Source: an uncultured virus (IMG/VR IMGVR_UViG_3300002498_000029) (Duplodnaviria > Heunggongvirae > Uroviricota > Caudoviricetes). From it: a stretch of DNA of 20,000 bases. The notes beneath the pieces were generated by a model that saw nothing but the letters and a program-made list of their open reading frames with translations, was not told the DNA's origin and searched no databases. The position numbers were made by a program, and so were the translations under genes. Below are positions 11,927-20,000 of this stretch, piece by piece. Numbering within the stretch: the stretch's first letter is position 1; each line of letters starts with the position of its first letter. The DNA lies in IMG/VR virus record IMGVR_UViG_3300002498_000029; one strand, given 5' to 3'.

Positions 11927-12547
11927 ATGCCAAGAATAGATATGTCAAAGGTTAAAACAACTGATGATGTTGCACAAATATTAACATAGTCTAAGCCACA
12001 AAAAATATATATGTCACCCAAAGAAGCTTATACCCAAAGAAAATAGGGATAGATATGGTTATAGGATGGAAAATAGTGGACTATTAAAAATGGATTACGT
12101 ATAACAACTAATTTAATAAATAATAAGAATTAGACATATAATAGTTGAACTTGTCCAAAATGTAATAAGTTTATGTCACATTGGTTAGATAAAAAGATTA
12201 TGAAGACGGCTGGCCATTGTTTTGACTGTGATATTAAAATGTAGTCATAGATGAGATTAAATGGTACTTGATAGTAGTATAATTAGAATATAAAAAGATA
12301 GAATTTAAAATCTTATTTAAAAGATCAAAAATAGCAAATGTTATAGTTAATAAAAAGTGTTAGTAATAAAATACAATTTATACAGAATTCAGATGGTGGT
12401 ATATAGTCTTGGCATGTAAGTTAGTAGACTATTGCTAAAACTATGAATAATTTAAATAAACAAATATAGTAGATTGATTAGATGCTAAAAACCATACAAT
12501 AGTATTAGATATAGCATAAAATAGTTAAATAGAATGAAAACATATAA
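11927..12547 (+). CDS. Putative Zn-binding phage protein (CxxC...CxxC) with coiled-coil C-terminus
   Basis: RK*G*IWL*DGK*WTIKNG, CPKC, HCFDC, KM*S*MRLNGTW**Y. AAAGGAAG upstream. Confidence 0.8.
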
Positions 12548-12707
12548 AATAAAAAATTTAGGACTACTTATACAAGATAATATTGCAACTCTATTATCAA
12601 GTAATTGTGTGTTTATTGCTTAGGATAATGATATTATTTTATAGTTTGATACATAGTTATAGTTAATAGATTACATAAATTAGAATGATATTTAGATAAA
12701 TGATTAA
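12534..12707 (+). CDS. Small hypothetical protein
   Basis: 57-aa frame that fills the gap and overlaps both neighbours (ATGATTAA at its 3' end). Confidence 0.55.
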
Positions 12708-13125
12708 ATTACGTAATATTATACTATAGATATTTGGATAGAGTACTAGAAGCATTACAGTAAATACTAAATAGGTCATATTTAACAAATATCCTAAATA
12801 TTGATATAGCTAGTTTATAAATACCCTAAAGCAAATAATACCGGTAAGTAATAAAAATACGTATGAGTTAGACTAGATTTTAAATAAGTTATTAAATAAT
12901 GATGATCCATATAGTTATTACTTACATATAGTATAGTAGTATAATAATATCAAATATATATATTTTTTAATTCAATTTAACAATAACATAAACATCGAGG
13001 CTAGAAAATATCATTAGTTTCAACAATGGTTTTTTTATATCAATGGTAAAAAACATATGAATAAATTTCAAACAAAAAAATATTTAAGTAAAATAATAAA
13101 GGATTTAAATAATAATGGCAAATAA
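12700..13125 (+). CDS. Hypothetical protein with MIKL leader
   Basis: Starts MIKLRNIIL*IFG*. Ends at TAA 13123-13125. Confidence 0.7.
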
Positions 13126-13465
13126 TACAACAAAATACTTTTTAAGTGAATCCTATAGAAATCCAAATATAGTACAGGGTTCTGCCCCAATGGATCTATA
13201 GAGATTTCCGCAATATCAAGCGTTAAATGCATTAGTTGGTATTGGTGTAGGTAGATAGTGAACTGCATCGTCTATTTCACAACCGGTTTATGCAATACAA
13301 GCTATAACAGATACAACATTTACAGAATTAGTAGATGGAACTACAGATATTATTGAAATAGCAACTACCTTAGAAATATTGGGCCAGGGGGTTATATATG
13401 GTAATTTTACTACAGCGTCTATATCAGCTGGATTAATTTGTGCGTACTATAAATTACAGGAATAA
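13115..13465 (+). CDS. Small beta-rich putative virion protein
   Basis: MANNTTKY...VYAIQAITDTTF...GVIYGNFTTASISAGLICAYY. Ends at TAA 13463-13465. Confidence 0.7.
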
Positions 13466-13475
13466 TTAAACTATA

Positions 13476-14090
13476 ATGATAGGTATAGGACTTTGGCTTA
13501 GAAATAGAGTATTAGGTGGATCAGCTTTATTTAAAACTTGATTAACCTCTTGATATACAACTAAGAATAACGATACAATTTTAACTAATAAAGTAGATGA
13601 AACCTTAAATGCTCATCAAGAAGACTTTATATGCGGTAATATGGTAGATACTAATTATAAATTATTTATTAGTACATCTATTACTAGTATAACATATAGT
13701 GGGTCTGGAACATTTAGTGTAAGTGGAAGTTATTTTGTTACTTGTTCAGCTATTGGTTCTATATATGAATTATATGCTTATACTGGATCTGATTTAGTTG
13801 GTCATTATCCTATATGTGAATCTAGTGGTATTAATATATATAATATTGCTCAAAATAATTATCATGCTAAAATATATTATGGTACTGTTACAGCATCTAG
13901 TGCGCAAGCTACTTCTTTTTGAACTGGTTTACAATTGTAGTATAATCCTTATCAGAATGGTGCTCAGTATTCAAATTAGAGTATTATTATACCAGCTAGT
14001 GGTAGTGTATCGGCTATTGGCCAAGCATTAACACATGTAGATGGTAATTGGATAATGAGATTGGGACAAAGTATTAATTTTGATGATTAA
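13476..14090 (+). CDS. Putative virion structural protein (MIGIGL start; partial LamG-like YPxxExSG motif)
   Basis: Extends the supplied ORF 13641..13922 in both directions across TGA/TAG. Motif LVGHYPICESSGINIYNI. Confidence 0.7.
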
Positions 14091-14108
14091 TAAAGAGAGA
14101 ATTGAATA

Positions 14109-14696
14109 ATGATACAAGCAACATACGATCAACTTAAAACAATAGCAACTCGCAAATCATATAAATGATTTACAGATATATACGATTTAAACGTATGGGG
14201 TATAAGAAATTCAAGTAGAATAGCTAATGCCTTTGATGATACTTTAGCCATAGCATATATAGATGCCAATAAAAACAAAAGAATATTTACATGCCCAATG
14301 ACAGTTGACCCAGGATTATATTACTTAAAGAACCCATTAAACCACAAGGGTTGTGCAATTATACCAGAAGGACAATACTTAGGTTTATGAATACTAGGAC
14401 TACATAAAGGTTATACTGCATTAGCCCAAAGAAAAGCTATTAAAGTATTTAGAGATAATGATAAAAATAATTAGTTGGGTGGGCAATTACAAACAATCTA
14501 GTAGCTAGGCGGGTTTAATTTACATAGAGCTTTATAGAATGGAATAACTAATACAGTAGATAAATTTAGTGCTGGTTGTCAAGTAGTACAAATACCAGAA
14601 GATTTTAATTATGTAATATCACTAGTAAAGCTTCAAGACAAATATATTAAATCTAAAATAGTATCTTATACACTTATATCAGAAAGGGAACTTTAA
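14109..14696 (+). CDS. Putative peptidoglycan-acting enzyme/endolysin, YkuD (L,D-transpeptidase)-like fold
   Basis: LNVWGIRN..NAFDD..TVDPG..GCAIIPEGQY..GLHKGY..VFRDND..FNLHRA..VDKFSAGCQV. The H...SAGC pattern resembles the YkuD catalytic motif. The function is inferred. Confidence 0.65.
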
Positions 14697-14702
14697 TAAT
14701 AA

Positions 14703-16004
14703 ATGATAACTTCATCAATATAGATTTGAAACAAGTTAAATATAGTAGGTAATACTAGTGATCTTCCATAGATATGATTATCTGATATACAAGATTCAAT
14801 ATATTATGATTCAGATTATCCATATAAATGAAATGTATTCTAGATGGATATTTAGTATTTAAGATTATTTATAAATGATGGGTATTCTGGAAATATTAGT
14901 TCTACATATGAATCAGGTAGTGATTATACTAGTGTAATATTTAATCATTTAAAATAGTGTTATATATAGAGACCTGTTGCATTAAGTGCTACTAATATAA
15001 CTGATGTTAGCTTTACTGCTAATTGAAGTAGTGTTGTTGGTGCTACTAGTTATTAGATTGATATTGCTACTGATAGTTTATTTAGTAATATTATACAAAG
15101 AATTAGTTGTGGTAATGTGATATTATATAATGTTACTGGGTTAACTAGTAATACTACTTATTATTATAGAGTGAGAAGTATTAGTAGTGGTGGAGTTAGT
15201 GGAAATAGTGAAGTGGTAACACAACTTACATACGCCACTGGAGCGCCTGCTTACTTTGCTAGAATGACAACTCAAGGTGATACAACATATAAGGCCAAAA
15301 TAAGTAGTTTTATTGGTGCATTAGAAAGTGCAGGTGTTTGAGCATCATTAGATTCATTACACTTATTTGCCAATAAGGACGATTACACAGATAATATACC
15401 GGCTTCATTTATAAATATGATAAACCCAACTGATACTATAGCGGCTAGAACAGGAGTTAGTGGTTCAAATTTGACGTATACTACAAATCAGGGGTGGTTG
15501 GGAGCCTCCAATGCTGCTATTGATTTAAATCAATTATTAACTAATAGAGCAAAATATAGTTTAAATAGTGGCTCTATGTTTGTCTATGTTTATACAACCA
15601 CCGCAGCAGGATATGTGGCATAGATTGGAACTTATATTGGAGCATCTCAAGCATCTATAATGGATTGTAGAGTTGATGGTGATAAGATGAGACTTTACCT
15701 CAATGGTGGTATGTCTGATACCGTGAATGCATTACCTGGTGCCGGAGTTGGGCTTTTCTCTCTTAATAGGACTGCTGCAAATAACATAGATGTTTACAAA
15801 AATGGTACTTTCGTGGAGTCTCTGGCAAATAATAGCAGCGCAATCCCAACCGGTAATGTCTATGCATTGGCAGCTAATATAAACAATGTCATCGCCAATA
15901 CAGCTACTGGTCGGAGAATATCTCTATGTGGATTTGGTGCACAAATGGATGCTACCAAGCAAGCTGCACTCTATGCGGCATTTATGACATATCTAACAGG
16001 ATAA
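14703..16004 (+). CDS. Virion protein with an FN3 domain and a C-terminal lectin/LamG-like module
   Basis: Joins supplied ORFs 15117, 15417 and 15660 in one frame. FN3 signature ATNITDVSFTANW(TGA)SSVVGATSY*IDIATD...VTGLTSNTTYYYRVRS. Confidence 0.8.
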
Positions 16005-16038
16005 TATACATAATTAATCATACTGGAATATATAACTA

Positions 16039-18786
16039 ATGCAAAAAAACGATAAATACATTGTAGACATAAAAACATATGATAAATCACTAACGGATAG
16101 TGGTTCATTTCCATATACTCATGGTTTAACTACATAGTAGTCTGCTAGAGTAGTAGCTAAAATGAAACTAGAAGATGATACCTTTATTAATATTAGTGGA
16201 TCACAATAGTTAGTACCAGCTAATGGATCATTAGTAAGAGTATTATCATTTGATTTTGAACCACATAAAGGTTATGATACTATTTTAACTATGAATGATT
16301 ATGATACAGGTTCTGGTAATATGTATAGTAGTAGAGTTATAAAATATTAGTATGGATCAATAAATGTTTATAATTAGAATAATATTAGATTAACTTCTAG
16401 TATATTATCATATACTTATGGTAGATAGGATTCTAATACTATTCCATTAAATACTAGAGGTAATTGTTATGTTTAGTTAGATACATTATTTAGTGTTAAA
16501 GGTAATATTATATTAGGAACTACTTCTAGTAATTATAGTATTAGATCATTAAGAGGATTTAATGTCAATTTTAGTTATAGTGGTAGCACAGATAGAACTA
16601 ACTTTATGAGGTAGTTGTCATATTTAAATGATATTAAATCAACTTGATCTTATTCATAGTTATGCCAATTTAGTTGGGGTATGTATTATGGTAGAGTAAT
16701 AACTGATCCTAGTGCTAGTGTATAGACTGGCAGTGCAAGATTATTATACAATCAAATTTAGAATTTAGACTTAATACCATATACTAAATTTTTATGGTAT
16801 GGTTAGGCTGGTACAGTTGTTAGTCAAAGTAGAGTTAGTAAAATATATAGTATAAATACTGGTAGTGTAGTAGACGGTACAAGTTCTGGTATTTATAGAC
16901 CATATTATGCTGGTACTATTGCTCCAATTTAGAAAAATAATTTATTAGTAGACTATTCTTCATCTCAATATTATTATATAAGTCATTCAAATATATCATT
17001 TGGAACTACTTCTCCTTGAACATTAGTTTCAGTTATTGGTTGACATGGACCTAAAGTATATAATGCTAATGGAGTATAGACCCAATTAGTATATGGTAAT
17101 AATGGTTCAGCAATAAATTTATCAGTATCTGGTAGTACCAAAATTCAAATATCATCATCAACAGTAAATAGATAGTTTTTAACTAATACTTCTATTAAGA
17201 ATTATCTTGCAACTAGAGCTATGATAGCAATTACATATGCTGGTGATGTGAGTGGATCTACTACTACTTATTTTAATGGAGTTAGCCAATCAGTATCTAC
17301 AGGTTCTAGATATGCTTTTGACTTTAGTGGATTCTTAAGTGGAACAGGTACTAGTACTAATAATTATTTAGGTAGATATTATTATCACCATATTATTAGT
17401 AAATCTTTATCACAAGATGAAATAACTGCTCATTATAATGTACTTAGATCATATTATCCTTAGATTTAGTCAGTAAATATAACTACTCAAAGTTGATCAA
17501 CTCATAATTTAGGTGTAGTTTCAGATAGAAGCGGAAGTGTTATAAATAATGTTAATTGAACAAGTTCTGTAGTTACTAGCGGAGTATGTAGTTCATCACT
17601 ATTTGACGATTCTGATTTATATACATAGTCTGGAACAACATAGGTAATTGATGGTATTGGTTATTTTACAGCGTCAAATAATACATATATTACAAAATCA
17701 TATACTGGTCATTCATTATTGAATAATTATTATTTATTATCAGCTAAATGTTAGTCGTGAGATACTGGTTCTGCAAAATTTATAATAGGAACAGTTTCAT
17801 CATCTATATTTGTACCAACTGCTAGTAATATACATTCATATTATATAAAAGCTAATACTGCTAATAGTTCATTTGGTATTGGTGGTGTAGATTATTTAAG
17901 CGGATCATTTAGCAGTATGTCAATATCAAGAATAGGCTGAAACGACATAGGTAACTTATACTCATACTTAATAACAACAGGTTCATACACTCACTATGAT
18001 GCTTTAAAATAGTGTGCAGCTTGAAGATATTATAATGATGATGCAAATACCTATGCATTATATGGTAAACTATATAATAAATATGCTAAAATGTTAATCT
18101 AGTCCTACCCACCATTATGTACATCTCCTACTTCAGCATCATATGTACCTATGTATCAAATACCATTATTAGATGGTACTGGTATAAATACTTTAAAAAC
18201 ATATTCAGGTTCAACATTAAGAGTATCAAATTCACTATACTGATCTTCATCAATAAATGATACTAATACTACAGGATTATCTTTAATTGGATCAGGATGA
18301 TGTGATGCTACTGGATCATTTAGACATGCTACTCAAAGATGTTACTTATGATCAAGAAATGTAACTTCATCAACATATTTGCCCATAACTTCATCAATAG
18401 GATAGAATAGACCATATATAATTTGAAGAAGTTCTAGTTTTATTACTGATGGAGATGATTCAACAACTTAGGGATATGCTATAAGATTAGTAGATACAGG
18501 TATAGATTATAATATAATAAATAATTATACTAGTAGTTAGTGTAAAGATAAATTAAATAGAATAACATATGATATAGAGGGTTTAACTGCTAGCTTAATG
18601 ACTTATTATAATAGTAGTGTAAATGGATCAATTATACCAACATAGATAAACTTTAGGAACTTTAGTAGTTCATTATATACAATATAGCAAATACAAGCAG
18701 CTAGTCCTAATTTAACTGGTAGTGCTGTTTAGCAAGCTAACTATTGATTAGTACAAGTTAATAATAGAATAGATTTACAAGGGTAA
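16039..18786 (+). CDS. Large (~915 aa) virion/tail protein with a LamG-like segment and an interrupted Fib_succ_major-like domain
   Basis: No in-frame TAA over 2.7 kb. LamG-like ITY..TYFNG..KSLSQDEITAHY. Fib_succ_major-like P*I*SVNITTQSWSTHNL, AAWRYYNDD..YGKLYN, NTTGLSLIGSG, YLWS, GYAIRLV. Confidence 0.75.
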
Positions 18787-18795
18787 TAATATAAA

Positions 18796-19329
18796 ATGGG
18801 AATAAAGATAAACGATACAACTGTTACGTTAAAAACTATAGCAAGGACTTCAAATGGATCATTAATATTGCCCGTTAGAACTTCTGATGGATATACCTAC
18901 CAAATATTTAATTCCGGAAGTACTGTACTAAAGGTTAATTAGACTGTATATGTAAATTTTTATATTACAGGTTCAGTTACTTCAAGTATTGCTACTGGTA
19001 GTAATATATTATTAAATGTAAGCTCATATTCAATAACAGCATCAACAGCAGATAGTTCAGCATCTCTTAGTTACCCATCAATATCACAATCAACATCACC
19101 TACTACAACTATAACATATACTAACTCAATAGCTACAGCATCAATATATACACCTACTACAAATAGTACTATATATTATAGTACATAGAGTTTAACGCCA
19201 AATACATCATCAAACTTGTATACAGCTCCAATTTATTTCAGTCAATCTTGTATTATTAGTGCAATATCATATAGAGATTATTGAGTAGCATCAACTATAA
19301 CAACTGCATCATGCGTAATTTAGGAATAA
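18796..19329 (+). CDS. Ser/Thr-rich structural protein with a C-terminal chitobiase-C module
   Basis: TIYYST*SLTPNTSSNLYTAPIYFSQSCIISAISYRDYWVAS. Ends at TAA 19327-19329. Confidence 0.75.
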
Positions 19330-19337
19330 TAATATAA

Positions 19338-20000
19338 ATGTCAACAACCATAAAAACATCACTAAATTTAAACCATATTAATAGTACTACCAAATAGTGA
19401 GATAATACTCATCCTTCTTTTACTAGTAGTCCAATAGTAGTACAATATATATCATTACTTAAGAAACAAGGGTGTGTAAATTTACCTAGATTAAATAGTT
19501 AGTATTTATTACTATTATTACAAAGTATGTATCTTGATACTAGTATAAGTGGAGATATATATATTACTAATTATTTAGATCCTAATATATCTGTTATTGA
19601 TATTATAGCTGCTACTGGTAATGTTAGTGGTAGTAGAGTAGAACAGATTAGGTATTATATAAATATATTAGCAAATAGACAAAAAATTGGTGTGTATATA
19701 AATAATATTGTTGTATATTATCCTGCTGTTTTCACAATTGCAGCCGAAGCAAGTTTCGGCTTCAGGGTAAGACTATCTGAGCTTGGCAATGTAATCTCAA
19801 CTGGCGACGTAAAAATTGGGACATCAGATGTCCCAACTGGCACGGAAATAAAAATCAACGCTACTGATGATTATGCCACAAACACATCTGCGATAGAAAC
19901 CACAATCTATGTGTTGGGTGGCACTGGTGGCGGAACGATTGTGTTTCCAAAAAAGTCAAAAATACATTATCTATACATTTCCAGCCCAGGTTTAGGAGCT
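19338..20000 (+). CDS. 3'-truncated putative structural protein
   Basis: ATATAAATG start context as at 1717 and 3287. The frame stays open to the window end across TAG/TGA. Confidence 0.65.

Noticed and set aside
13068..13268. Supplied minus-strand 66-aa ORF
   Set aside because: It is an antisense shadow of two + strand genes.
13798..14031. Supplied alternative-frame hydrophobic 77-aa ORF
   Set aside because: It lies inside 13476-14090. The I/L/V-rich composition is the expected off-frame reading of AT-rich codons.
2..20000. Region is non-coding or a field of pseudogenes
   Set aside because: There are no frameshifts or internal TAA across kilobase-long frames, TAG/TGA fall at positions matching Glu/Trp, and the genes abut precisely.
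2..20000. TAG produced by G>T damage or a basecalling artefact of GAG
   Set aside because: The equivalent GAA>TAA change is not seen in frame, GAG codons persist, and TGA aligns with TGG rather than GGA. Read-level confirmation is still advisable.
2..20000. Pyrrolysine/selenocysteine insertion, or a ciliate/Blastocrithidia nuclear origin
   Set aside because: The codons are far too frequent and align with Glu/Trp. TAA never appears as sense. The intronless overlapping genes, SD-like sites, terminator and gene content are phage-like.
1..20000. tRNA genes, CRISPR array, integrase or transposase
   Set aside because: No cloverleaf, regularly spaced repeat or recombinase motif was recognised. The recurring ATGATTAAATTAA sequences are gene starts.

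Overview
Very AT-rich, densely coding window with every gene on the + strand, most consistent with a structural/accessory region of a large tailed phage. The supplied ORF track is fragmented because the standard code does not apply. Reading TGA as Trp and TAG as a sense codon (best fit Glu, not the Gln usually reported for amber-recoded phages), with TAA as the only stop, gives 27 closely packed or overlapping genes covering nearly the whole window. All 26 genes whose 3' end is visible finish at TAA. Contents: virion/adhesin-like proteins (chitobiase-C/FN3-associated, YadA-head-like, FN3, LamG-like, Fib_succ_major-like), an HNH endonuclease, a holin-like protein, a putative YkuD-like lysin, a zeta-toxin/AAA_33-like P-loop kinase and a Zn-finger protein. 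Thirteen genes share N-terminal leaders (MIKLKxxILE or MKKxELKxLIxE) resembling a capsid-targeting/prohead-protease signal; four of them are paralogs with an R-S-E ADP-ribosyltransferase-like motif pattern. All translations were done by eye with no database search. In quoted peptides, * marks an in-frame TAG.
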